Notes under the pieces: generated by a model
Database searches by the model: none
Told to the model about the DNA's origin: nothing
The model's input: only the letters and a program-made list of their open reading frames with translations
NCBI GenBank assembly: GCA_963724415.1
Contig: CAVRUS010000005.1
Location: 143,945 to 207,944 of the forward strand
Origin: an uncultured Actinomycetota bacterium
GTDB taxonomy: Bacteria > Actinomycetota > UBA4738 > HRBIN12
Length of the DNA stretch: 64,000 nucleotides
Direction of reading: 5' to 3'
Made by a program: the position numbers and the translations under genes
Part shown: piece after piece, positions 12,634 to 22,747 of the stretch
Position numbering within the stretch: position 1 is the stretch's first letter
How the letters are laid out: every line of letters begins with the position of its first letter

Positions 12634-13823
12634 CGGGCGCGCTGGTCCCACGTGTGCTCGTCGTGGTCTGCGACTCGTGGGGCGTCGGCGACGCGCCCGA
12701 CGCGGCGGCCTACGGCGACGTGGGATCGGACACACTCGCGAACACGGCCGCCGCCGTCGGAGGGATCCGGGCCCCGAACCTCGTCGCGCTGGGGCTCGGC
12801 GGCCTGACGACGATCAGGGGTGTGGACGCCGCGGCCGGACCGGGGAGCGCCGCCGGCCGCGCGACCGAGCGCTCGGCCGGCAAGGACACCACCACGGGCC
12901 ACTGGGAGATGATGGGGATCCACTTGGACGATCCGTTCCCGTTGTACCCGGACGGCTTCCCGCCGGATCTGATCGAGGCCTTCGAACGGGAGATCGGTCG
13001 GGAGGTGCTCGGGAACCGCCCCGCGTCGGGGACCGAGATCATCGCCGAGCTCGGTGAGGAGCACCTGCGCACCAGGCGGCCGATCGTCTACACGTCCGGC
13101 GACTCCGTGTTCCAGATCGCCGCCCACAAGTCGGTCGTGGATCTGCCGCAGCTCTACGAGTGGTCGCGCACGGCGCGGCGCCTGCTGACCGGACCGCACA
13201 GCGTCGGGCGCGTGATCGCCAGGCCCTTCGAAGGCGAACCGGGGGCCTTCGTACGGAGCCCGGAACGCCGGGACTTCTCCGTCCCCCCACCGGGCCCCAC
13301 GGTGCTCGATCGGTTGCAGGATGCGGGCGTTTCGGTCTTCGGCGTCGGGAAGATCCAGGACATCTTCTCCGGTCAGGGGATCACGGAAGCCCGGTACTCC
13401 GATTCCAACGACCACGGGGTGGATCTCACGATCGAGTACCTGCGCCGCCCGCCGCCTACGTTCGTATTCGCGAACCTCGTGGACTTCGATTCCAAGTACG
13501 GCCACCGCAACGATCCTCCCGGCTATGCGGCCTGCGTCGAGGCGTTCGACGCGAGGCTGCCAGAGCTGATCGGCGCCCTCGACGGCGGCGTGCTGCTGAT
13601 CACGGGGGATCACGGCTGCGATCCGACCACGCCGCCGACCGATCACTCCCGCGAGCGGACGCCGATCCTCGCGGCGGGTCTGGAGGGCGGCCCCCACGAC
13701 CTCGGGACGAGGGACTCCTTCTCCGACCTGGGACAGACGGTGGCCGAGCTCCTCGGGGCCGACGGCGAAGGACTCGAAGGGTCGAGCTTCGTCGACCTCA
13801 TGGGCATCGAGGGTTCCAGCTGA
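12630..13823 (+). CDS. deoB: Phosphopentomutase
   Basis: GTG overlaps the previous stop. Contains VVVCDSWGVGDAPDAAAYGDVGSDTLAN, GKDTTTGHWEMMG and ITGDHGCDPT. Confidence 0.85.
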   Translation: MTGALVPRVLVVVCDSWGVGDAPDAAAYGDVGSDTLANTAAAVGGIRAPNLVALGLGGLTTIRGVDAAAGPGSAAGRATERSAGKDTTTGHWEMMGIHLDDPFPLYPDGFPPDLIEAFEREIGREVLGNRPASGTEIIAELGEEHLRTRRPIVYTSGDSVFQIAAHKSVVDLPQLYEWSRTARRLLTGPHSVGRVIARPFEGEPGAFVRSPERRDFSVPPPGPTVLDRLQDAGVSVFGVGKIQDIFSGQGITEARYSDSNDHGVDLTIEYLRRPPPTFVFANLVDFDSKYGHRNDPPGYAACVEAFDARLPELIGALDGGVLLITGDHGCDPTTPPTDHSRERTPILAAGLEGGPHDLGTRDSFSDLGQTVAELLGADGEGLEGSSFVDLMGIEGSS

Positions 13824-13941
13824 TGTCGACCTCGATGATCCTCGCGGTCGACGGTGAGGCCGAAGGAGGCCGAAGAGCTCGACCTCGAGGAGAGGTTGGG
13901 CTCGGCCGGTTCTCGAGGGTCCCCTCCATCGGTGCTTCAGC

Positions 13942-15273
13942 GTGAGAGACCCTCGGTCGATCGTGGCCGCGAAGCGGGACGGCAAGGCTCTGTCTCCCGA
14001 CGACGTTCGCTCGTTCGTCGAGGGATACACGGCGGGAGAGATCTCGGACGCGCTCGCCTCGGCGTTCCTGATGGCGTCGCTGCTCCGCGGCCTGGACGAC
14101 GACGAGACCCTCGCTCTGACGAAGGCGATGGTCGATTCGGGCGACACGCTCCGGTTCTCTGAAGGGGAGACGGGCGACGGATCACATCGGGGTCTCGGAC
14201 CGACCGTGGACAAGCACTCGACCGGAGGGGTTGCCGACGGCGTCACGCTGTTGTTCGCCCCGCTCGCCTCGGCGCTGGGGCTCCGCGTCGCGAAACTCTC
14301 GGGTCGTGGGCTCGGGCACACGGGCGGGACGCTCGACAAGCTCGAGTCGATCCCCGGGCTGCGGACGGACCTCTCGCCGGAGGACATCCGGCGGCAGGTG
14401 GAGGAGGTGGGGTGCGCCGTCGCGGCGCAGTCGCCCAACCTCGTGCCGGCCGACGGCGCGTTCTACGCGCTGCGCGACGCGACGGCCACGGTCCCCTCGA
14501 TCCCGTTGATCGCCGCGAGCGTGATGTCGAAGAAGCTCGCGGTCGAGACGGACCTGATCCTCCTCGACGTGAAGACGGGATCCGGAGCGTTCATGAAGAC
14601 CCCGGAGGACGCGCGCGAGCTGGCGGAACGATGCCTCGCGCTCGCCGCCGGATGGGGGCGCTCCGCCAGCGCGGCGGTGACGGACATGTCGCAGCCGCTC
14701 GGGGACGCGGTCGGCAACGCGCTGGACATCGTCGAGACGGTCGCCGTGCTCAAAGGGGAGGGCGGGGGCCGTCTGCGCGAGGCGGCGCTGCTGTTCGCGG
14801 CTCGGGCGTTGGAGCGCACGCGAGGGAGCGGTCAGGAGGAGGCGCTCGCGCAAGCGGCCGACGCGATCGCGTCGGGTGCGGCGCTGGAGCGGTTCCGTCG
14901 GATGGTCGAGGCTCAGGGCGGGGATCCACGGGTCGTGGACGACCCGGCGGGAGTGCTCCCGGCCGCCCCGGTTCGCGAGCCGCTCGTCGCGGACCGCGAC
15001 GGGGTCCTGGCGGCGGTCGAGACAGAGGAGATCGGCCTGGCGAGCGTGGACCTCGGAGCCGGCCGACGGCGCAAAGGCGACCCGATCGACCCGGCCGTCG
15101 GTATCGTGGTGCATCCGAAGATCGGTGACCGGCTGGAGGCCGGACAGCCCATCGGGGAGGTGCACGCGCGGGATCGCGACGCGGCGGCGGAGGCTGCCCG
15201 GCGCGTGCTCGCCGCGATGGATGTCGCCGACGGACCTGTCACGCCGCCGCCCCTGGTGCACGCCTGGATGTGA
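13942..15273 (+). CDS. deoA: Thymidine (pyrimidine-nucleoside) phosphorylase
   Basis: IVAKRDGKALSPDDVRSFVEGYTAGEISD and DKHSTGGVADGVTLLFAPLASALG. Confidence 0.9.
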   Translation: MRDPRSIVAAKRDGKALSPDDVRSFVEGYTAGEISDALASAFLMASLLRGLDDDETLALTKAMVDSGDTLRFSEGETGDGSHRGLGPTVDKHSTGGVADGVTLLFAPLASALGLRVAKLSGRGLGHTGGTLDKLESIPGLRTDLSPEDIRRQVEEVGCAVAAQSPNLVPADGAFYALRDATATVPSIPLIAASVMSKKLAVETDLILLDVKTGSGAFMKTPEDARELAERCLALAAGWGRSASAAVTDMSQPLGDAVGNALDIVETVAVLKGEGGGRLREAALLFAARALERTRGSGQEEALAQAADAIASGAALERFRRMVEAQGGDPRVVDDPAGVLPAAPVREPLVADRDGVLAAVETEEIGLASVDLGAGRRRKGDPIDPAVGIVVHPKIGDRLEAGQPIGEVHARDRDAAAEAARRVLAAMDVADGPVTPPPLVHAWM

Positions 15274-15279
15274 TGGGAG

Positions 15280-15945
15280 TTGGGGAACTTCACGGCGCTC
15301 GGCCTCCGCCTCGCCCTCTACATGCTGGCATCGCTGTTCGTGGGGCTCACGGTTCGCGAGTACGCCCGCGCTCGAGCTGCCACGGCGCTCGGCGATCCCA
15401 CCCCTCGGCTCTGGGGCCGCATCACGCTCCGTCCGAAGCCGTGGTTCGAGCCGTTCGGGAGCGGGTTCATCCCGGCGCTGGTGGGGCTCCTGTGGTCCGT
15501 GCAGGCGTTCATGATGCCGGCCGCCTACGCGAAGCCCGCGCCGGTCGACGCGAACTACCTGCGGCGGCACCCGCGGGACGTCGTCCTGGTCTCGCTCGCC
15601 GGGCCGGCCGCGTCCCTCGGGCTCGCCGCGATCGCCGGGCTCGTGATCCGCGCCGGTCTCGGCGGCGAAGCGGCGGTCGCGGTCCTGACCTTCACGTTCA
15701 CGAACGTCTCCCTGTTCGTGTTCCACCTCCTGCCGGTTCCGGGACTCGACGGGGGCCGGCTCGTGGCCTTGCTGCTCCCCCCACCGGCGCGAGAGATCTT
15801 CCGCAACGCGGACCGGTACCTGGCGCTGATCGTCCTCGTCGCCCTGTTCCTGTTCACGTTCCTCCTCGGGATCGCACGGCTCCTCGGTGGGGCCATCTGC
15901 GACGCCCTCACCGGCGTCGACTGCTCGGGCCTCTTCCGCTTCTGA
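15280..15945 (+). CDS. Site-2 protease (M50)-like membrane protein with the HExxH site replaced by RExxR
   Basis: Family-typical GDPTPRLWGRITLRPKPWFEPFGS, AKPAPVD and FHLLPVPGLDGGR. The expected HE(Y/F)AHA reads REYARA. Confidence 0.6.
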   Translation: MGNFTALGLRLALYMLASLFVGLTVREYARARAATALGDPTPRLWGRITLRPKPWFEPFGSGFIPALVGLLWSVQAFMMPAAYAKPAPVDANYLRRHPRDVVLVSLAGPAASLGLAAIAGLVIRAGLGGEAAVAVLTFTFTNVSLFVFHLLPVPGLDGGRLVALLLPPPAREIFRNADRYLALIVLVALFLFTFLLGIARLLGGAICDALTGVDCSGLFRF

Positions 15946-16004
15946 TCCGCCCTCACCGTGGCCTCCCAAGGGCGGGAGACGGTGCCGGTATCATCGCCCG
16001 CATC

Positions 16005-17051
16005 GTGACCTCTTCGTCCTCGGCGTCGGCCGACGCGTCCGGAACCCAGACAGCGCAGGCGCGGCGCGGTCGCGTCCTGACGGGGTTCCGTCCGACCGGC
16101 GACCTCCACATCGGGCACTGGGCCGGCAACGTGGGCAACGCCGTCCGCCTCCAGGACGAGGGGTACGAGTGCTACTACTTCGTGGCGAACTGGCACATGC
16201 TCACGACGCACTACGACCGGACGGCGGAGCTCGCGTCGATGGTCGAGGCGATCGTCCTGGATCTCCTCGCGTGCGGCATCGACCCGGACCGCTCGACCCT
16301 CTACCTGCAGTCGGATCTGCCCGAGGTCGCCGAGATGGCGCTCCTCCTCGGGATGATCACACCCCTGGGCTGGCTCGAGCGCGTGCCGACGTACAAGGAG
16401 CGGCTGCGCGACATGGCGGAGCGTGACATCGCGAACTTCGGGCTCCTCGGGTACCCGGTGCTCCAGACCGTCGACATCACGATCGTGCGAGGTGAGCTCG
16501 TTCCGGTGGGGGAGGACCAGGTCTCCCATCTCGAGATCTCCCGGGAGATCGTCCGGCGCTTCAACCGACTCTTCGGCGAGGTGCTGGTCGAGCCGCAGCC
16601 GCTCCTGTCGGACTTCCCGCTCGTGCCCGGTTCGGACGGCCGCAAGATGTCGAAGTCGCTCGACAACGCGATCGGGATCGCCGACGAGCCGGACACCATC
16701 CGCGCGAAGGTCCGTTCGTTCATCACCGACCCGCAGAAGGTCCGCCTCGGCGACCCCGGGAGACCGGAGATCTGTCCGATCTTCGCGCTGCACACACGCT
16801 TCTCGCCCGACATCGTCGACTGGACGCGCGACCATTGCCGTTCCGGCGAGCTCGGGTGCGTCGACTGCAAGACGAACCTCGCCGACCGCCTGATCGAGGA
16901 GCTCCGGCCGATCCGGGAACGGCGGCTCGAGCTCGCCGCCGAACCGGGGCTGGTGTGGAAGGTCCTCGGCGAGGGCAGCGAGCGGGTGCGACCTGTGGTT
17001 CGCGAGACCCTGGACGCCGTCCGCGACGCGATGGGGTTCTCGCGGCCGTGA
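16005..17051 (+). CDS. trpS: Tryptophan--tRNA ligase
   Basis: VLTGFRPTGDLHIGHWAGN (HIGH) and GRKMSKSLDN (KMSKS). GTG 16005 is the first start after the upstream gene. Confidence 0.9.
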   Translation: MTSSSSASADASGTQTAQARRGRVLTGFRPTGDLHIGHWAGNVGNAVRLQDEGYECYYFVANWHMLTTHYDRTAELASMVEAIVLDLLACGIDPDRSTLYLQSDLPEVAEMALLLGMITPLGWLERVPTYKERLRDMAERDIANFGLLGYPVLQTVDITIVRGELVPVGEDQVSHLEISREIVRRFNRLFGEVLVEPQPLLSDFPLVPGSDGRKMSKSLDNAIGIADEPDTIRAKVRSFITDPQKVRLGDPGRPEICPIFALHTRFSPDIVDWTRDHCRSGELGCVDCKTNLADRLIEELRPIRERRLELAAEPGLVWKVLGEGSERVRPVVRETLDAVRDAMGFSRP

Positions 17052-17785
17052 GCGGTGAGGGAGCGGGCGCGTTCGCGGTCGAGCTGCCCGCGTTCACCGG
17101 ACCCTTCCGTTCGCTCGCCGAGCTGATCCTCGAGCAGAAGGTCGACGTGTGCGACGTCTCGGTCGCCGCAGTGACCGACGGGTTCCTCGCGTACGCGAAG
17201 GATGCCGACCACTGGGACCTCGAGGAGGTCACGTGGTTCCTGGCGATGTGCGCGGTGTTGCTGGAGCTGAAGGTCGGTCGCTTGATGCCGCGGCACACCG
17301 AGACGGACGAGGACGACCTGTTCGGCGCCTCCCCGGATCTCGCCTACGCGCGCTCGCTGGAGCTGGCGGCGTTCCGGAAAGTGGCGGTCGAGCTCGCCCG
17401 GCGTCTCGAGGACGAAGCGAGCTTCTTCACCCGCGACGTCGGGCCCGGCCCCGAGTTCTCGCATCTGTATCCAGATCCGATGACGAAGGTGGACACGGAT
17501 TCCCTGGCGCGTCTGGCCGCGCAGCTCCTCCGGCCACCGCCGACCCTCGACCTCAGCCACGTCACCCCGATCCGGTACTCGATGGCGGAGGCGATGAGCG
17601 CGGTCGAGCGCCGGATCGAGGACTTCGGCCGAGCCGCGTCCTTCCGCGATCTCGTCAGCGACTGCGACGAACGGATCCAGGTGGTGGTTCGCTTCCTCGC
17701 CCTCCTCGAGCTGTACCGTGACGGTCGGGTCGAGCTGGTGCAGGGGGAGACGTTCGGCGAGATCCGCGTCGAGTGGCAGGGATGA
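17048..17785 (+). CDS. scpA: Segregation and condensation protein A
   Basis: GTG overlaps the trpS stop. Contains FTGPFRSLAELILEQKVDVCDVSVAAVTDGFL and VVRFLALLELYRDGRVEL. Confidence 0.85.
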   Translation: MSGEGAGAFAVELPAFTGPFRSLAELILEQKVDVCDVSVAAVTDGFLAYAKDADHWDLEEVTWFLAMCAVLLELKVGRLMPRHTETDEDDLFGASPDLAYARSLELAAFRKVAVELARRLEDEASFFTRDVGPGPEFSHLYPDPMTKVDTDSLARLAAQLLRPPPTLDLSHVTPIRYSMAEAMSAVERRIEDFGRAASFRDLVSDCDERIQVVVRFLALLELYRDGRVELVQGETFGEIRVEWQG

Positions 17786-18414
17786 CGCGCGCGGGGGCTG
17801 GAACGGGGATGGAAACGGGCGCCACGGACACGAGAGCCCTCGAGGCGCTGCTGTTCGTCTCGGATGAGCCGCTCACGTCGTCCGTCCTCGCCCAGGCGCT
17901 CGAGACCGACCGGAAGACGGCCGAGGAGCTCTGCGACCGGCTCGCCGAGGAGCTCGAGGGCCGAGGGGCCGGGGTCGTGCTCCGGAACGTGGCGGGCGGG
18001 TGGCGGCTCTTCACCCATCCCGACACCGCTGTCGAGGTCGAGCGATTCGTCCTGTCCTCGCGGCAGGCCCGGCTCACGAAGGCGGCGCTCGAGACGCTCG
18101 CGATCGTGGCCTACAAGCAGCCGGTCACCCGCCACCAGATCACGTCGATCCGGGGCGTCAACTCCGACGGGGTCCTCCGGGCCCTCCAGGACAAGGGGCT
18201 CGTGGAGGAAGCGGGTCGCGAGGAGACACCGGGGCGCCCCGCACTGTTCGCCACGACCCCGTCCTTCCTCGAGCGCCTCGGGCTGCCCTCGCTCGCCGCC
18301 CTGCCCTCGCTCGCGCCGCTCCTCGGTCTCGACACCGAGGGGGATGGCGGGGAGCCGGAGGAGGAACCGGCCGAGGCCCTGCCCACGTCGGAGTCGGCCG
18401 AGCCCGGCGACTAG
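17782..18414 (+). CDS. scpB: SMC-Scp complex subunit ScpB
   Basis: ATGA overlap with scpA. Contains ALEALLFVSDEPLT, LETLAIVAYKQPVTRHQITSIRGV and an acidic tail. Confidence 0.85.
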   Translation: MTRAGAGTGMETGATDTRALEALLFVSDEPLTSSVLAQALETDRKTAEELCDRLAEELEGRGAGVVLRNVAGGWRLFTHPDTAVEVERFVLSSRQARLTKAALETLAIVAYKQPVTRHQITSIRGVNSDGVLRALQDKGLVEEAGREETPGRPALFATTPSFLERLGLPSLAALPSLAPLLGLDTEGDGGEPEEEPAEALPTSESAEPGD

Positions 18415-18416
18415 CC

Positions 18417-19139
18417 GTGCCGGCCGAGCGCCTCCAGCGCCTGCTCGCGCGCGCCGGGTACGGCTCCCGTCGAGCCTGCGAGGAGCTGATCGTCGACGGA
18501 CGGGTCACCCTGAACGGGACCGTCGCAACGCTCGGGAACCGAGGTGACCCTGCGGAGGACGAGATCCGGGTGGACGGCCTCGAGGTCAACCTCGACCCGA
18601 ACGTGAAGTACTACGCCCTCCACAAGCCGCCCGGTGTCGTGACCACGATGCGCGACCCGCAAGGGCGCCCCGATATCCGTTCCTACCTCCCGCCCGACGG
18701 TCCCCGGGTGTTCCCGGTCGGACGCCTCGATCGCGACACCGAAGGGCTCCTCCTCCTGATGAACGACGGCGACCTCGCCAACGGCCTGACGCACCCGAGG
18801 TTCGGCGTGGAGAAGGAGTACCTGGCGGAGGTGGAGGGCGTGCCCACACCGAAGCACCTCGGGATGCTCCGCCGCGGCGTGGATCTCGACGACGGTCACG
18901 CGAGCGCCGCGAACGCCCGGGTCGCAGGCCGGTCCGGCGATCGCGGGGCAGTCCGCCTCGTGATGACGGAGGGACGCAAGCGCGAGGTCCGCCGCCTCCT
19001 CGCCGCGGTCGGGCTGCCGGTGGCCAGGCTCGTCCGAGTGCGGATCGGACCGGTGCGCCTCGGCTCCCTCGGCCCGGGGGAGCGGCGTGAGCTCACCCAC
19101 GACGAGGTGGTCGCGCTCAGGCGCGTCGTCGACGGGTAG
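18417..19139 (+). CDS. rluB: Pseudouridine synthase (RluB/RsuA family)
   Basis: S4 domain ERLQRLLARAGYGSRRACEELIVDGRVTLNG, and the catalytic motif VFPVGRLDRDTEGLLLLMNDG. Confidence 0.85.
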   Translation: MPAERLQRLLARAGYGSRRACEELIVDGRVTLNGTVATLGNRGDPAEDEIRVDGLEVNLDPNVKYYALHKPPGVVTTMRDPQGRPDIRSYLPPDGPRVFPVGRLDRDTEGLLLLMNDGDLANGLTHPRFGVEKEYLAEVEGVPTPKHLGMLRRGVDLDDGHASAANARVAGRSGDRGAVRLVMTEGRKREVRRLLAAVGLPVARLVRVRIGPVRLGSLGPGERRELTHDEVVALRRVVDG

Positions 19140-19193
19140 CCTTGGGAACCTCGGGGCGCCGCGCCCGGAGCCAGAGAGCGACGAGAGGTGTCC

Positions 19194-19553
19194 ATGAGGC
19201 TTCGTGCGGCGCGCGGCGCGATCCGCGTGCCATCGGACGACGGTGAGGTGCTGCTCGCATCGACCGAGCGGCTCCTGTCGTCGCTGCTGCAGCGCAACGA
19301 GATCGACACCGAGGACCTCGTCAGCATCATGTTCACGGCGACCGAGGACCTGCGCTCCGTCTTCCCCGCGGAGGCCGCCCGTCGGATGGGGCTCGGGCGC
19401 GTCCCGTTGCTCTGCTCGCAGGAGATCCCGGTGGTCGGCGCGATGCCGTCGGTGATCCGGATCCTCGTGCACTTCCATTCGGATCGGTCGCTCGACGAGG
19501 TCGCGCACGTCTACCTCGACGGCGCGGAGTCGCTCCGAGATGACGTTGACTGA
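19194..19553 (+). CDS. aroH: Chorismate mutase, AroH class
   Basis: RAARGAIRV...NEIDTEDLVSIMFTATEDL...PLLCSQEIPVVGAMPSVIRILVHF. ATG 19194 is preceded by GAGAGG. Confidence 0.8.
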   Translation: MRLRAARGAIRVPSDDGEVLLASTERLLSSLLQRNEIDTEDLVSIMFTATEDLRSVFPAEAARRMGLGRVPLLCSQEIPVVGAMPSVIRILVHFHSDRSLDEVAHVYLDGAESLRDDVD

Positions 19554-19565
19554 CGGGATGCGCCG

Positions 19566-20684
19566 ATGAGGGCCGGCGCCGGGCCCGACGGGTCGTCGAT
19601 CGAGCGCGTGGCCGTCGTGGGAACCGGGCTGATGGGCACCTCCGTCGCCCTGGCGGCGGCGCGGGCCGGCGCGACCGTGAGCGGATGGGACGCGGACCCC
19701 GCCACGACCGCTCGCGCCGCCGCGGTCGGCTCCTTCACCGCGGCTGCGACCCTCGAGGAAGCCGTCCGCGAGGCCGACCTCGTCGTCGTGTGCACGCCGA
19801 TCTCGACCATCGCGGCGTCCGTCGTCGCCGCCCTCGGCGCGACGACCGAGGCGATCGTCACCGATGTGGGCAGCATCATGGACTCGGTCGCGGGGCAGGT
19901 CGTGGAGGGAGCGAGCGCCGCAGACCTTCCCCGGTTCGTGCCGGGCCACCCGATGGGCGGGAGCGAGCGATCGGGTCCCGAGCACGCCTCGCCGTCCGTC
20001 CTCGACGGGATCGTGTGGGTCCTCTCGCCCACGGAGGCGTCCGACCCGGCCGCGGTCGAGGTGCTCGAGGCCTGGGTGTCCGGGCTCGGCGCCCGTCCCG
20101 TCCGCATGCCCGCCGACCGTCACGACCGCCTGGTGGCGTTCGTCAGCCATCTGCCGCAGGTGGCCTCGACGGCGCTGATGAGCCTCGCCGCCACCGAGGA
20201 GGCGGACGAACCGGAGATCCTTCTCCTGGCGGCCGGGGGGTTCCGCGACCTCACCAGGCTGGCCGCCTCCGACCCCGGACTGTGGTCGTCGATCCTGCTC
20301 GCGAACCGCGAGCAGATCGCGCGGGCGATCGACCTCTACGTGGAGCGCCTCCGGCTGCTGCGTGATGACGTGATCGGCGGCCGCGCCGACGCGGTCCGAT
20401 CCACGTTCGCCCAGGCGAAGGGGGCCCGCCTCGGGCTCGCCGCCAAGCCGCAGGTGCGATCCGGCATCGCCGTTCTGCAGGTGGAGGTGCCGGACCGACC
20501 CGGCGCCCTGGCGAGCCTCACCGCGGTCCTGGCCGAGGGCCGCGTGAACATCGAGGACCTCCAGATCGTCCATTCCCCGGAGGGCGGGCGCGGGACCGTG
20601 CACCTGACCGTCGCCGCGGCCGCGGCCGACGCGGCGACCGGAGTGCTGATCGGTGCCGGCCTGGACCCGATCAGACTGGCGTGA
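19566..20684 (+). CDS. tyrA: Prephenate dehydrogenase with C-terminal ACT domain
   Basis: Rossmann motif VAVVGTGLMGTSVALA, FVPGHPMGGSERSG, SHLPQVASTAL and an ACT-like C-terminus. Confidence 0.8.
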   Translation: MRAGAGPDGSSIERVAVVGTGLMGTSVALAAARAGATVSGWDADPATTARAAAVGSFTAAATLEEAVREADLVVVCTPISTIAASVVAALGATTEAIVTDVGSIMDSVAGQVVEGASAADLPRFVPGHPMGGSERSGPEHASPSVLDGIVWVLSPTEASDPAAVEVLEAWVSGLGARPVRMPADRHDRLVAFVSHLPQVASTALMSLAATEEADEPEILLLAAGGFRDLTRLAASDPGLWSSILLANREQIARAIDLYVERLRLLRDDVIGGRADAVRSTFAQAKGARLGLAAKPQVRSGIAVLQVEVPDRPGALASLTAVLAEGRVNIEDLQIVHSPEGGRGTVHLTVAAAAADAATGVLIGAGLDPIRLA

Positions 20685-20691
20685 TGGAGCG

Positions 20692-22065
20692 ATGAGGGTC
20701 CGCGTGACACCGGGAGGCGTCCTCCGAGGGGAGGCGAGCGTTCCGGGAGACAAGTCGATCGCTCATCGGTGGCTCCTCCTGGGGGTTACCGCCGCCGGCC
20801 GGAGCGAGCTCAGGGGGGTGCCGCGATCCCTCGACACGACATCGACCGCCTCGTGCCTTTCGTTCCTGGCTCCCACGGCTCGACCTGCACTCGAGGCTTG
20901 GGGCTCGAGCCCTGCGGGCATCGGTGAACGCCATGGTTCCACGTGGAACCGGGAGGTCTCGACCCTCGACCTCGAGGTGCTGGAGCTTCACGGTGAAGGT
21001 CGGGGGTCGCTCCGTCCGCCCGGACGCGACCTCGCCTGCGGGAACTCGGGCACCTCGATGCGGTTGCTCGCGGGGCTCGTCGCCTCGGCGCCGTTCGTGA
21101 CGGTGCTGCGTGGGGACGCGAGCCTGTCGACACGGCCCATGGAGCGGGTCGCGACGCCCCTTCGAGCCATGGGAGCGGAGGTGGCGACGGACGACGGGCA
21201 TCCGCCGGTCACGATCCGTGGCGCCGACCTCACGGGACTCCACTTCGCGCCCGACATGCCCAGCGCGCAGGTGAAGGGCGCGGTGCTCCTGGCCGCGCTC
21301 GCCGCGGAAGGCACCACGACCGTCGTCGAGCCCGTCCGGACGCGCGATCACACGGAGCGGGCGCTCGCCGCACTCGGCGCGCCGATCGAGGACGGCGACG
21401 CCGGTGTGGTCCTGGACGGGCCGTTCCAGCACGCGGGGTTCACGGCGAGGGTGCCGGGGGACCCGTCCTCGGCGGCGTTCGTCCTGGCTGCCGCGGCGCT
21501 CACCGGCGGTGAGGTGACCATCACGGGGGTCGGAGTGAATCCGAGCCGGCTCGGCTTCCTCGACGTGCTGCGGAGGATGGGGGCGGACGTGGAGATCGAG
21601 ACCCACGCGCACGAGCTGGGTGAGCCGGTGGGCACGATGCGGCTGCGGTCGAGCGGCGGTCTCCGCCCCGTGCGGGTCTCGGCCGACGAGCTCCCCCTCG
21701 TGATCGACGAGGTCCCGCTGTTGGCAGCGCTCGCCGCGCACGCCGAGGGTCCTTCCCGCTTCGAGGGAGCGTCCGAGCTGCGCGTGAAGGAGAGCGACCG
21801 ACTGGCCGCGCTCGTCGAGGGGATCCGCGCCTTGGGCGGCGCCGCCGAGGCCGACGGAGACGACCTCGGCATCGGCGGCGGGGGCATGGGCGGCGGCGTC
21901 GCGCGCTCCTCGGGAGACCACCGGATCGCGATGGCGCTGACCGTGGCCGCGGTCGCTGCCCAGGCGCCCTCGGAGATCGACGGGGTGGAGTGGGCAGCGG
22001 TGTCCTTCCCGGGGTTCCTCGGACTGCTGCGGACGTTGGGGACCGACGTGGCGGAGGCGTCGTGA
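20692..22065 (+). CDS. aroA: 3-phosphoshikimate 1-carboxyvinyltransferase (EPSP synthase)
   Basis: [41 protein letters not shown] and GDHRIAMAL. Confidence 0.9.
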   Translation: MRVRVTPGGVLRGEASVPGDKSIAHRWLLLGVTAAGRSELRGVPRSLDTTSTASCLSFLAPTARPALEAWGSSPAGIGERHGSTWNREVSTLDLEVLELHGEGRGSLRPPGRDLACGNSGTSMRLLAGLVASAPFVTVLRGDASLSTRPMERVATPLRAMGAEVATDDGHPPVTIRGADLTGLHFAPDMPSAQVKGAVLLAALAAEGTTTVVEPVRTRDHTERALAALGAPIEDGDAGVVLDGPFQHAGFTARVPGDPSSAAFVLAAAALTGGEVTITGVGVNPSRLGFLDVLRRMGADVEIETHAHELGEPVGTMRLRSSGGLRPVRVSADELPLVIDEVPLLAALAAHAEGPSRFEGASELRVKESDRLAALVEGIRALGGAAEADGDDLGIGGGGMGGGVARSSGDHRIAMALTVAAVAAQAPSEIDGVEWAAVSFPGFLGLLRTLGTDVAEAS

Positions 22066-22747
22066 GCCTCCGCGTCGTGGCGATCGACGGCGCCGCCGGG
22101 AGCGGGAAGAGCACGCTCGCACGACTCCTCGCGGAAGAGCTGCAGCTCCCGTACGTCAACACGGGCTCGATGTACCGGGCGCTGACCCTGACGGCACGGC
22201 GACGAGGTGTCGACGTCGAGGATGGGTCTGCGCTCGTCGGCGTCATGGGAACCCTGCGGTTCACGTTGAGCCCCGGACCGGAGGGGGAGCTCCTGATCGA
22301 CGGCGGTCCCCCGTCGGACGAGCTCGAGACCGCCGACGTCGAGACGCACGTGAGCGCGGTCGCCAAGCACCCGCGGTCCGCACGGCGATGCGACTCGCCC
22401 AGCGCGCCCTGGGGCAGGGAGGGGCCGTGATGGAGGGTCGAGACATCGGCACCGTCGTGTTCCCCGACGCGCCGGTGAAGATCTACCTCGTGGCCGAACC
22501 GGAGGACCGCGCCGGCCGGCGCGTCGAGGAGCGGGGGGCGACGGCGGTGGCCCGCGCGCTCCACGAGCGGGACCGCCGGGATGCGCAGGTGAATCCGTTC
22601 GTGCCGGCGAGCGACGCGGTCGTGATCGACACGAGCGACCTCGACGTCGACGCGACGCTCCGTGCCGCGCTGGAGGTGGTCGCGGAGCGTTCGCCGGACC
22701 TCCTGCCGAGCGGTTCCCATCAGGAGCCCGAGGGCCGGCGTCCGTGA
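22062..22747 (+). pseudogene. cmk: Cytidylate kinase, reading frame broken by an apparent 1-nt deletion near 22376
   Basis: N-terminal part in the frame of ORF 21990..22430 ([23 protein letters not shown]...VSAVAKHPR). C-terminal part in the frame of ORF 22388..22747 ([34 protein letters not shown]). Adding one G to the G run at 22375-22376 (ccgcgg|tcc) gives [12 protein letters not shown]. Confidence 0.8.

Noticed and set aside
22360-22395. Programmed ribosomal frameshifting as the explanation for the split cmk gene and the other split genes.
   Set aside because: There is no slippery heptamer or downstream stimulatory structure at the sites. The events are heterogeneous (+1 and -1) and occur in unrelated genes. 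Sequence error or mutation is the more economical explanation.
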